From Alkalispirochaeta sp. (GTDB lineage: Bacteria; Spirochaetota; Spirochaetia; DSM-27196; Alkalispirochaetaceae): a stretch of DNA of 64,000 bases. How positions within the stretch are numbered: the stretch's first letter is position 1; every line of letters begins with the position of its first letter. The DNA is taken from assembly GCA_965242725.1 (NCBI GenBank), contig CBDESZ010000025.1, forward strand, positions 64,001 through 128,000. Reading direction: 5' to 3'. Shown here piece after piece: positions 55,073 through 64,000 of this stretch. The translations under genes were made by a program, and so were the position numbers. The notes under the pieces are model-generated. The model ran no database searches. It had not been told where the DNA came from and was given only the letters and a program-made list of their open reading frames with translations.

Positions 55073-55384
55073 TTAATCCAGGTCGAGTGCGTTGGCCCAC
55101 ACCGACTCGGTAAACCCGGAATACGCCTTTTCGTCGTCGACAACGAGAATGGGAAAGACAACGATATTGTCAAAGCGTTCCGAAAGTTCCCGTTTTACCG
55201 CCCGTTTCGTTTCCACGTCGATTAAATCGAGATGGGCAAACCGAAATTGTACGTCGTTGTTCTTCAGGAATTCGATCGCCCTTCGGCAAAACGCACAGGT
55301 CGAAAGGGAAAAAATGGTGACGTCGTGGTCCTGTCGCGTGCCTTCTACGGTCTTGTATCTAACTTTGTCGATTTCTCGTTCCAC
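55073..55384 (-). CDS. Glutaredoxin-like protein
   Basis: LSTCAFCRR dithiol, VFP cis-Pro loop, GF. Confidence 0.85.
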   Translation of the reverse strand: MEREIDKVRYKTVEGTRQDHDVTIFSLSTCAFCRRAIEFLKNNDVQFRFAHLDLIDVETKRAVKRELSERFDNIVVFPILVVDDEKAYSGFTESVWANALDLD

Positions 55385-55460
55385 CACCTCAGTGTAATAT
55401 CTTTGACTCCGCCGTACAAGGGTGGCGGAGGCGCGGACAAACTGGTATAACGGTACGGTC

Positions 55461-56855
55461 ATGAAGGTCGTCATCATCGGCGCGGGGGCGGTAGGCTACC
55501 AACTCGCACGCCAACTGATCAGCGAGAAGAAAGACGTCGTCCTTGTGGAAAAGAATCCGGATATCGCTCACAAAGTCCAGGAATTTCTGGATTGCATGGT
55601 GGTCGTCGGTGAAGGCACGAGCATTGACGTCCTCAAAGAGGCGGGAACGGACACCGCCGATTTTTTTGTCGCCGCCACCGATTCCGACGAGGTCAATATG
55701 ATCGCCTGCGGGATCGTGTCGGCGGAGTTCAAGGTCCGGGCAAAGATTGCCCGGGTGCGCAATTTCGACTATCACACGAGCCGGCTCTCGGAAAAGCGCT
55801 TTCTCGGTATCGATTTCGTCGTTAATCCGGAAATTGAAGCGGCCCGGGCGATCATGCGGGCTATAGACTTCGGGGCAGTGAGTGACATCATGTCCTTTGA
55901 ACAGTCCAATGTGCAGATCCGAACCCTGGTTGTGGAACGTGACGGCATGCTCACCGGCCACAACCTGCAGGAACTTGCCCAACTGCTGCCGGGGACCTTT
56001 CTCATCGCCGTGGTGATGCGGGAGAACCGCTATATCATTCCTTCGGGAACCACCCGTCTCGAGGCGGGGGATATCATCTACATGGTTGCCGATGAGGCCG
56101 ATTTCGAACGCATCTATGAGCATGTCGGCAAGGGGCGACGGGACCTGAAACGGATCATCCTCGTCGGCGGGGGGCGGATCGGCAGGCAGGTTGCATCCCA
56201 CATCCTCGGCAAAGAACATCAGACCCTCTTTCAGCGCTTTACCCGGCGCATGACAAAACACGAAGAGCGAATGCTGAAGATCGTCGACCGGGATTACAAT
56301 CGGTGCAAGGCGCTGGTCGACGACTTCCCCGGCGCATTGGTCATTAACGCCGATATCTCCGACGACGGCGCATTTGAGGAACAGCATTTCACCAACTCTG
56401 ATCTCGTCATTGCCGCAACGGACAATCAGGAACTCAATATCGTCACCGCCCTCTATGCCAAGAGCCTCGGGGTACGGCGAGCGGTGGTGCTCGTGAACCG
56501 GTCCGGGTACGCACCCATTGCGGCACAATTGGGGATCGATGTATCGGTGAGTCAGAAAAATGCAATCGTCACGACGATTCTGCGCTTTATTCGCAGCGGC
56601 GCGGTGCGGAGTCTTCACACAATCAGTGACGGCCGTATAGAAGCGATCGAGCTCACCGTACTGACGGAAAGCCGCGCGGTGGGTAAGGCGATCAAGGATC
56701 TTCCCCTCCCCAAAGACACCCTCATCGTCGCTCTTGAGCGGGCGGGTGAAAGCATCGTTCCCGGCGGGGATAACGTCATTCGCGGTGACGACCACCTCGT
56801 GGTCGTCGTCAAGAAGGAGGACGCCGACCGGGTGCAGGAGCTTTTCACCAAATGA
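55461..56855 (+). CDS. trkA: Trk K+ uptake regulatory subunit
   Basis: Two RCK units (IIGAGAVG; LVGGGRIG), TDSDEVN. Confidence 0.95.
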   Translation: MKVVIIGAGAVGYQLARQLISEKKDVVLVEKNPDIAHKVQEFLDCMVVVGEGTSIDVLKEAGTDTADFFVAATDSDEVNMIACGIVSAEFKVRAKIARVRNFDYHTSRLSEKRFLGIDFVVNPEIEAARAIMRAIDFGAVSDIMSFEQSNVQIRTLVVERDGMLTGHNLQELAQLLPGTFLIAVVMRENRYIIPSGTTRLEAGDIIYMVADEADFERIYEHVGKGRRDLKRIILVGGGRIGRQVASHILGKEHQTLFQRFTRRMTKHEERMLKIVDRDYNRCKALVDDFPGALVINADISDDGAFEEQHFTNSDLVIAATDNQELNIVTALYAKSLGVRRAVVLVNRSGYAPIAAQLGIDVSVSQKNAIVTTILRFIRSGAVRSLHTISDGRIEAIELTVLTESRAVGKAIKDLPLPKDTLIVALERAGESIVPGGDNVIRGDDHLVVVVKKEDADRVQELFTK

Positions 56856-58324
56856 CGTCAGGCGGACCGACGATTCTCAACGTCAATCTGATTCTGCGGT
56901 TTGTTCTGATCCTGCTCCTCGTGGTCTCCGCCTTCATGCTCCTCTCCGTTGCGTGGGCGGTGCTGGACGGTGAACGGGGCACGATCATACCCCTTGTCGC
57001 CCCCGTTGTAGGGGTGGTAGTCGTCGCAGGCGCGTATTTGACGATTTCCAACCGGGAATACGACAACGTGTCGACCCGTGACGGCTTCTTCATGGTCTCT
57101 GCGGGGTGGCTTGCGGTATCCGCCTTCGGGGCGTTGCCTTTTTACCTTTCCGGGGCGATACCGAACTATGTGGATGCCTTCTTTGAGACGATGAGCGGAT
57201 TCACCACGACGGGGGCGTCAATTCTCACGGAGATAGAAGGGCTTCCCCGGTCAATGCTCTTCTGGCGCTCCATGACGCACTGGCTGGGTGGAATGGGCAT
57301 CATCGTGCTCACGGTGGCCATATTCCCGCTCCTGGGCATTGGAGGGCTGCAGCTTCTCAAGGCGGAGGCGCCGGGTCCGCGGGTGGACAAACTCACCCCC
57401 AAGGTCACCGAGACTGCCAAGATCCTCTGGATATCCTATATCGCCCTGAGCGCACTGGAAACGATCCTTCTCATGGCGGGCGGACTGAACCTCTTTGACG
57501 CGCTGACCCATACCTTCGGAACCATGGCAACGGGGGGATTCTCCCCCAAGAATACAAGCGTCGGTTACTATGATTCCGCCTATATTGACGGCGTGATAAC
57601 CGTTTTCATGGTTCTTGCGGGGATCAACTTCGTCATGTATTACCGTATCGCCCTCGGGCGGGTGAAGGCGATCAGCAGGGACACGGAACTGAAGGCGTAC
57701 CTTCTCATTTTCGCCGTTGCGACGGTCGTCACCACCGTCGGACTGCTTCCCCGCTACGGAACGGTCGGGACGAGTCTCCGGTTTGCCTCCTTTCAGGTTG
57801 CCAGTATCCTTACCACCACGGGATATGCAACGGCGGACTTTGCCGCCTGGCCCTATCTGTCCCAGATCATGCTCTTTGCCCTCATGTTCATCGGCGGGTG
57901 CTCCGGGTCAACGGGGGGAGGAATCAAGGTGGTCCGTATCACCACCATGATCAAACAGGGTTGGAACGAAATGCGCTACCTCGTATATCCACGGGGAGTG
58001 TTCACAATCCGCCTCAACGGTGAGCGGTTGCGGAAGGATATCGTCTACGCGATTACCGGTTTCGTGATGCTCTACATGGTGCTGCTTATCGTCACGACAG
58101 TCATCGTGGCGGCGGCGGACTACGACATCCTCACATCACTGACCACCGCACTGGCAACGCTGGGAAATATCGGCCCCGGTTTTGGCAAGATCGGCCCGAC
58201 CCTCAATTACGCACTCTTCCCCGGATGGCTCAAGGGATATCTCAGTGTCATCATGATGCTGGGACGGCTTGAAATCTATACAGTCCTCGTCCTCTTCACC
58301 TCCCGATACTGGCGGGATCAGTAA
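56852..58324 (+). CDS. trkH: Trk K+ uptake membrane subunit
   Basis: FETMSGFTTTG, WLGGMG, ATGGF, TTTGY, GSTGGGIK, GNIGPG, GRLE. Confidence 0.95.
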   Translation: MTSGGPTILNVNLILRFVLILLLVVSAFMLLSVAWAVLDGERGTIIPLVAPVVGVVVVAGAYLTISNREYDNVSTRDGFFMVSAGWLAVSAFGALPFYLSGAIPNYVDAFFETMSGFTTTGASILTEIEGLPRSMLFWRSMTHWLGGMGIIVLTVAIFPLLGIGGLQLLKAEAPGPRVDKLTPKVTETAKILWISYIALSALETILLMAGGLNLFDALTHTFGTMATGGFSPKNTSVGYYDSAYIDGVITVFMVLAGINFVMYYRIALGRVKAISRDTELKAYLLIFAVATVVTTVGLLPRYGTVGTSLRFASFQVASILTTTGYATADFAAWPYLSQIMLFALMFIGGCSGSTGGGIKVVRITTMIKQGWNEMRYLVYPRGVFTIRLNGERLRKDIVYAITGFVMLYMVLLIVTTVIVAAADYDILTSLTTALATLGNIGPGFGKIGPTLNYALFPGWLKGYLSVIMMLGRLEIYTVLVLFTSRYWRDQ

Positions 58325-58874
58325 CGGCGGGGCGGATCAGTTTCCACCCCCGGCGTACTGCCGGGGATCGATAAAGGGCGGAACGTCGCCCAGATGAAAA
58401 CTCACACTCACTCTGACTCGGCTGCGACGGGTGATCGGCCGGAAGCTCGTGGACAACCTCGGGCAGGACGGACATCGTACCGGCAAGAATGCTGTCGGGA
58501 CTGACAATGATGGCCGACGGGCCGGGCAGCCGTTTCACGGTGAGGATGAGAGAGCTTACGCCGAACCAGGGCGTCTGAATCCAGTACTCTTCGGTCACCC
58601 GAATGAACCGTCCATCCTCCTCGGTGACATCACCGCTCACCGCTTCCCCGTCGGCGGCCGCCGGTTCCGATTCCCCGGAGTCGTCCGCCCCCGCTTCCGT
58701 GTCCTGGGTGGAGGAGCCGTCGCGGCCGTCACCGGTGCCGCCGGAGATTCCCGTCAATGAAGTACATCCCGCGGCGGAGAGGACGAGGGAGAGCGAGAGA
58801 ATGAAGAGTGAACGTGTCAGCCACGGCGTTTTCCGTAACGGCACCTTCCGGAGCGGATCATACCGGTGAGTCAT
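58296..58874 (-). CDS. Hypothetical lipoprotein (possible frameshift near 58440; alternative stop at 58337)
   Basis: Basic N-terminus, hydrophobic stretch, LSAAG-C lipobox, acidic linker. Confidence 0.55.
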   Translation of the reverse strand: MTHRYDPLRKVPLRKTPWLTRSLFILSLSLVLSAAGCTSLTGISGGTGDGRDGSSTQDTEAGADDSGESEPAAADGEAVSGDVTEEDGRFIRVTEEYWIQTPWFGVSSLILTVKRLPGPSAIIVSPDSILAGTMSVLPEVVHELPADHPSQPSQSECEFSSGRRSALYRSPAVRRGWKLIRPAVTDPASIGR

Positions 58875-58933
58875 CGCCATACACTATACAACATTAATGA
58901 CTACCGTCCCTCCGGTGTGGTATGGTCTTTCCA

Positions 58934-60730
58934 ATGGCCACGTATGATGAGAACTCCATAAAGACGCTCTCAAGTCTGGAACATATCCGTCTGAGAAGCG
59001 GCATGTACATCGGACGGTTGGGAGACGGGAAGAACTTCAACGACGGAATATACATCCTCCTCAAGGAGGTGGTGGACAACTCCATCGATGAGTTCATCAT
59101 GGGACACGGCAAGCGCATCGAGATAAAACGGGACGACGACGGAACCATTACCGTCCGTGACTACGGCCGCGGCATCCCCCTGGGAAAGCTCACCGACGCG
59201 GTGAGTCGCATCAACACCGGCGCCAAGTACAACGACGAGGTCTTCCAGTTCTCGGTGGGGCTCAACGGCGTCGGCACCAAGGCGGTCAACGCCCTCTCGG
59301 AGTACTTCCACGCCGTCTCCTTCCGTGAGGGAAAGTACGCGGAAGCGACCTTCAAGCGGGGAGAACTGCAAAAGGAAAAAAAGGGCAAGACCGACAAGTA
59401 CCGCGACGGCACGTACATTCAGTTCCGTCCCGACCACGAGCTCTTCGGCGACTACGGCTACAACGAGGAGTTCATCCTCCAGCGGCTGTGGAACTACGCC
59501 TACCTCAACGCCGGCCTCACCATCCTCTACAACAAGGAAAAGATCCACTCCGAAGGGGGCCTGCGGGACCTCCTCGCCGCGGAAGTGGGAGACGCCGGAC
59601 TCTACGAGCCCGCCCATCTCAGGCAGGATCGGCTGGAATTCTCCTTCACCCACACCACCAACTACGGCGAGACATACTGGTCCTTCGTCAACGGCCAGTT
59701 CACCTCCGACGGCGGCACCCACCAAAGCGCCTTCCGGGAGGGCATCCTCAAGGGCGTCAACGAGTTCTACAAAAAGAACTACGCCGGTGAGGACGTCAGG
59801 GAGGGCATCGCCGGCGCGGTGGCGATACGCATCAAGGATCCCCAGTTTGAGGGGCAGACCAAGAACAAGCTCGGCAACTCCGACGTGCGGTCGTGGATCG
59901 TCAACGAGGTGCGTCTGGCGGTGGTTGACTTCCTCCACAAGAACAAGGACGCCGCAAAGCGTCTGGAACAGAAGATCACCCAGAACGAAAAACTGCGGAA
60001 AGAACTCAACGCCGTCCGCAAGGAGAGCAGGGAGGCGGCCAAAAAGATCGCCCTCAAGATACCCAAGCTCAAGGACTGCAAGTACCATCTGGGGGACAAG
60101 CACAAGCTCGCCGAGGAATCGACGCTCTTCATCACCGAGGGCGACAGCGCCACGGGAAGCATGGTCGCCTCCCGCAACGTCCACACCCAGGCGATATTCA
60201 GCCTCCGGGGCAAGCCGCAGAACATGTTCTCCCGCAAGCGCAGCGACATCTACCGCAACGAAGAGCTCTACAACATGATGATGGCTCTCGGCATAGAGGA
60301 AGACGTCTCGGGGTTGCGATACAACCGCATCGTCGTCACCACCGACGCCGACCACGACGGCTTTCACATACGCAACCTCCTGCTCACCTTCTTCCTGCAG
60401 TACTTTGAGGAGCTCGTCGTCTCGGGACACATATACATCCTGGAGACGCCCCTCTTCCGCGTCCGGAACAAGCGGGAGACGCGATACTGCTACTCCCCGG
60501 CTGAGAGGGACGCGGCACTCCGGGATATCCGCGGCGCCGAGGTGACCCGCTTCAAGGGACTGGGAGAGATCTCACCCAAGGAGTTCGGGCAGTTCATCGG
60601 CGAGGACATGCGTATCGTCCCGGTCAACGTCAAGACGATCAAGGGCATTCAGGAGACGCTTGAGTTCTACATGGGCAAGAACACCCCCGAGCGGCGCGCC
60701 TTCATCATGGAAAACCTGATAGAGGTCTAG
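58934..60730 (+). CDS. parE: DNA topoisomerase IV subunit B
   Basis: EHIRLRSGMYIG, EVVDNSIDE, DYGRGIP, GLNGVG, TEGDSA, DADHDG, RFKGLGE; short ~599-aa type. Confidence 0.9.
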   Translation: MATYDENSIKTLSSLEHIRLRSGMYIGRLGDGKNFNDGIYILLKEVVDNSIDEFIMGHGKRIEIKRDDDGTITVRDYGRGIPLGKLTDAVSRINTGAKYNDEVFQFSVGLNGVGTKAVNALSEYFHAVSFREGKYAEATFKRGELQKEKKGKTDKYRDGTYIQFRPDHELFGDYGYNEEFILQRLWNYAYLNAGLTILYNKEKIHSEGGLRDLLAAEVGDAGLYEPAHLRQDRLEFSFTHTTNYGETYWSFVNGQFTSDGGTHQSAFREGILKGVNEFYKKNYAGEDVREGIAGAVAIRIKDPQFEGQTKNKLGNSDVRSWIVNEVRLAVVDFLHKNKDAAKRLEQKITQNEKLRKELNAVRKESREAAKKIALKIPKLKDCKYHLGDKHKLAEESTLFITEGDSATGSMVASRNVHTQAIFSLRGKPQNMFSRKRSDIYRNEELYNMMMALGIEEDVSGLRYNRIVVTTDADHDGFHIRNLLLTFFLQYFEELVVSGHIYILETPLFRVRNKRETRYCYSPAERDAALRDIRGAEVTRFKGLGEISPKEFGQFIGEDMRIVPVNVKTIKGIQETLEFYMGKNTPERRAFIMENLIEV

Positions 60731-60838
60731 GGACGTTTATAGTTCGAACGTGCGTTCTGTCCGGCTGGTCGCAAGAAAGAAGGGGCCGGCGGCGCCCTTC
60801 ACGGAAGCGCGCCGCCGGGCACCCGCCTCGGCGGGGCG

Positions 60839-61810
60839 TTATCGGTTCACCGCCGCCAGCGGTTCCTTTCCTTCCATCACCAGAATGAGATTCTCCACCG
60901 CCATCGTCGCCTGTCGAACCACGCTCTCATAGGTCCGGGAGGCGATGTGGGGGGTGACGATGCAGCGCGGTGCGGAGAGGAGGGGATGGTTGGGCGGCGG
61001 CGGCTCCGCGTCCAGAACATCCGCGCCGTAGCCGCCCAGGCGGCCCGATCGCAGACTCTCCGCCACGGCGACGGAATCGACGAGCTCGCCCCGGGCGCAG
61101 TTGATGATGATCGCCCCTTCCTTCATGCGCGCAAGGGTGCCTGCATCGATCATATGACGCGTCTCGTCGGTGAGGTTTGTATGCAGGGAGATGATATCGC
61201 TCTGGGGGAGGAGGTCGGAGAGGGAGTCCGCCCGGGCGATGCCGTGCTCGGCGGCAAATTCCCCGGGCCAGTAGGTGTCATAGCCGACGACGGTGAGGCC
61301 GAAGGCGCGCGCCCGGAGGGCCACCTCTTTTCCGATACGGCCGAGACCGACGATGCCCATCGTTTTTCCGGCAATTTCATGGCCGATGAGACGCTTCCAT
61401 CCGCCGTTGCGGGTGATGGACGCCTCATCGACGATATTCTTTTCAAGGGTGAGGAGGAGGGCAAAGGTGTGTTCCGCCACGGTGACGTGGTTGACTCCCG
61501 GCGTATAACAGACGGGCAGGCCGTGCCGCGTCGCCGCCTCCACCTCAATCTTATCCACTCCGATGCCGTACTTGCTGATCACCATGAGGGCGGGACGGCC
61601 CGCCGTGAGGACCGCCTCGGTTATTTCGTCGTCTCCGCAGAGAAGGCCCGTCACCCCCGATATGAGGCCGACCATTTCCTTCTCCTTCAGCGGTCCCCGG
61701 GCGGTACGTATCTCCCACCCCTTCCTCGCGAGGAGCTCGTGGTGAGTGCCCGGGGTGTCCTGAAATGATGTCGTCGTCACCAGGACGACGGGAGTATTAT
61801 TTTCCGCCAC
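60839..61810 (-). CDS. D-2-hydroxyacid dehydrogenase (phosphoglycerate dehydrogenase-like)
   Basis: GIGVD, VAEH, GIVGLGRIG, INCARG, DV...EP, TPHIAS. Confidence 0.9.
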   Translation of the reverse strand: MAENNTPVVLVTTTSFQDTPGTHHELLARKGWEIRTARGPLKEKEMVGLISGVTGLLCGDDEITEAVLTAGRPALMVISKYGIGVDKIEVEAATRHGLPVCYTPGVNHVTVAEHTFALLLTLEKNIVDEASITRNGGWKRLIGHEIAGKTMGIVGLGRIGKEVALRARAFGLTVVGYDTYWPGEFAAEHGIARADSLSDLLPQSDIISLHTNLTDETRHMIDAGTLARMKEGAIIINCARGELVDSVAVAESLRSGRLGGYGADVLDAEPPPPNHPLLSAPRCIVTPHIASRTYESVVRQATMAVENLILVMEGKEPLAAVNR

Positions 61811-62452
61811 TGCGCGCCGCCCGCACCGCCTGTACCGACTCGGCGGTAAGATTCCGAATCTTCCCGAAATCTCCCGCTTCCACGGCATCCGCCGGAACGA
61901 CCCAGCTTCCGCCCACGGCGGCGACGTTCTTCAGCGAGAGGTACTCCTTGAGATTGGCCAGGGACACGCCTCTCGGTGGGTACAAATCGCACCTGCGCGT
62001 AGGGGCCGCCCAGGGCCTTCAGCATCTTCACGCCGCCTGACGCTTCGGCGGGAAAGAACTTCAACACCTCCAGGCCGAACTCAAGACCCTGTTCCACGCC
62101 GGTGGGGTTGTTGACGCCGGGGGTGATGACGATGTTGTTGGTCACGCAGTATTCAACCACTTTCGGATTAAAGCCGGGGGTGACGATGTACGCGCGGCGC
62201 CGGCGTCTACCGCCTGCTTGACCTGATCCACGGTGAGGACCGTTCCGGCCCCCACCAGCACGTTGGGAGCACCTTCGGTGGCGCGCCGTATCGCCTCATC
62301 GGCGCCCGGCGGCACGAAAGGTGATCTCCGCGACGGGGAGGCCACCGTCGGCGAGGGCTCCCATGAGGGGCACCGCGTTCCTGGGGTTGTCGAGTTTGAT
62401 GACCGGGACGATGGGCCGGCTGTTACTCCAGTTGTTCCAATATGGGATTCAT
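61797..62452 (-). pseudogene. eda: KDPG/KHG aldolase with several frameshifts (probably sequencing errors)
   Basis: Fragments across frames: MNPILEQL, IVPVIKL, GGLPVAEITF, LVGAGTVL, LKFFPAEASGG, FVPT/GV, AVGGSW; AGGAG RBS. Confidence 0.85.
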
Positions 62453-62483
62453 GTGGTCTGTCTCCTATTCTGTCGGTTTATTG

Positions 62484-63575
62484 TCAGCGATCGACCCGGG
62501 CGCTGCCGCCGGATACCAGTTTTTTCAACTTCCTTGAGGGACGCCATGGAGGTGTCGCCGGGCGTCGTCATTGCCAAGTGCGCCGTGGGCGACGCCGAAA
62601 TTGACGCATTTCTGGGGATCCATTTCATTGAGGAATCCGTAGATCATGCCCGATGCAAAGCTGTCGCCCCCGCCGACGCGGTCAAGAATTTCGAGCTTCG
62701 GGAGCTCCATGGAACGGTAAAAGGTGCCTCCCGTCCAGAGGAGCGCCTTCCAGTCGTTCACCGTCGCGGTATGCACTTCCCTGAGCGTCGATCGCCACGG
62801 CGTGAACATTCGGATATTTCTTTGTCACCGCCTCTATCATCTTTTCGTAGCTGGACTCATCCAGGTCGGTCAGGTTGTCCGATGCATCGATTTCGAATCC
62901 GAGACCCACGCTGAAATCCTCTTCATTTCCGATGAGGACGTCCACGTACGGGGCGATCTGTTTGTTCACTTCCTGAGCCGCCTTTGGTCCGCCCAAGGCC
63001 TTCCAGAGGGAGGATCGGTAGTTGAGGTCGTAGCTCACGATGGTGCCGTGCTTCTTCGCCGCCTTCACCGCCTCAATGAGCACGTCCGGCGTCGTTTCCG
63101 AGAGGCCCGCATAGATTCCTCCGGTATGAAACCACCGTACCCCTTCGGTCCCGAAGATGTGTTCCCAGTCGATATCGCCCTTCTTCAGCGCCGATGCGGC
63201 TGAACGGGCGCGATCGGAGGTACCCACCGCTCCGCGGACGCCGAAGCCCCGTTCGGTGAAGTTGAGCCCGATTCTCACGTCCCGGCCGATCCCGTCGTAA
63301 GGCATCCACCTGACGTGGCGCAGATCGACACCACCCTGGAGCATGAGATCCTCAAGAAGACGGCCAACATCATTGTCCGCCAGCGCGGTCACCACTGCCG
63401 TACGCAGGCCAAAGGCGCGGCGGAGTCCCCGGGCAACGTTGTACTCGCCTCCGCCCTCCCATACGTGGAACATTCTGGTTGTCCGTACCCGTCCCTCACC
63501 CGGGTCGAGTCGGATCATCACCTCACCAAGGGACAACTCGTCCCACATACAGTCCTTTGCAGGTCGTAATTGCAT
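62484..63575 (-). pseudogene. kdgK: 2-keto-3-deoxygluconate kinase (PfkB) with 3' frameshifts (probably sequencing errors)
   Basis: LGEVMIRLDP, GGGEYNVA, SYDLNYR, GNEED; DRVGGGDSF in a second frame; GGSARVDR-stop in another. Confidence 0.85.
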
Positions 63576-63821
63576 TGCCAAACCTCTCCTGATCTATTTT
63601 TTTTGGCGGAACGGCTGTCCTGAACGGTCCGTTCCTCTCGTCTGCATTCTATCATAGCGACCCGGGTGAAGCGTCCGGTGTCGTCGCCATACCCGCCGAG
63701 TCGGAAATGTGTCTTGAAAACGCTTCTAATTATGATGTGCTCAATCTTCCTTTTTTTCAAGAGAAAATCGCCGTTGAGACGGGGAATACCGATATTCGGC
63801 GGAAATTCGCGATGATTTTCC

Positions 63822-63850
63822 TTGCATTACCCCGAAACCCGCGGTAAGAT
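63822..63850 (+). promoter_or_regulatory. Putative sigma-70 promoter
   Basis: TTGCAT-17 bp-TAAGAT. Confidence 0.6.
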
Positions 63851-63870
63851 CGGTCCACACTGAAAATAAA

Positions 63871-63890
63871 TTATGAAAGCGCTGCCATAA
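63871..63890. promoter_or_regulatory. LacI/GalR-type operator palindrome
   Basis: TTATGAAAGCGCTGCCATAA: central AGCGCT with TTATG/CATAA arms, just downstream of the promoter. Confidence 0.7.
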
Positions 63891-63935
63891 ACCGGCTGCG
63901 TTTTTATGCAACGAATCACAAATGGAGATGCGTAT

Positions 63936-64000
63936 ATGTCCGACGAAATGGTAACCCTACAGAAGAATGAATTGGAGACGATGGTCGTTCGTCGTCTTAC
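63936..64000 (+). CDS. 5' end of a gene running off the window (possibly an Ldh_2-family oxidoreductase)
   Basis: GGAG RBS, then MSDEMVTLQKNELETMVVRRL; too short to assign firmly. Confidence 0.4.
   Translation, partial: MSDEMVTLQKNELETMVVRRL

Noticed and set aside
58970..60430. 486-aa antisense ORF and 317-aa alternate-frame ORF over parE
   Set aside because: By-products of strong codon bias in a clearly conserved gene.
1..64000. rRNA, tRNA, riboswitch, IS, integrase or prophage genes
   Set aside because: None recognised by eye and intergenic gaps are short; a covariance-model search was not possible.

Overview
GC-rich bacterial chromosomal window, most likely from an anaerobic free-living spirochaete (inference from the giant surface protein with an FlgD-Ig-like tail and the ParE style; not verified). 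The first 17.7 kb is one giant Gly/Thr/Ala/Val-rich beta-helical adhesin-like gene. It starts before the window, encodes about 5,900 aa here, is split by apparent single-base indels, and has nested near-identical internal duplications. Next come a lipoprotein, an OmpR/HAMP two-component operon, a zwf-pgl-malic enzyme-(Cys-less TrxR-like) operon, an MBL/cNMP protein and several housekeeping genes. The standout locus (32.5-38.9 kb) is an NtrC-type activator, tandem palindromic enhancer sites and a well-matched sigma-54 promoter upstream of a four-gene chaperone-usher pilus operon. Its pilin, chaperone and adhesin have no Cys in their mature regions. After that come DUF368, rseC-rnfBCDGEA, a DHOD-like gene, trxB, an HD protein, a MinD-like ATPase, two HisKA_2 kinases (one degenerate), grx-FTR-prenyltransferase, trkAH, parE and a frameshifted kdgK-eda-dehydrogenase operon. 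About ten genes look leaderless. No rRNA, tRNA, CRISPR array or mobile element was seen. The scattered indels are probably sequencing errors.
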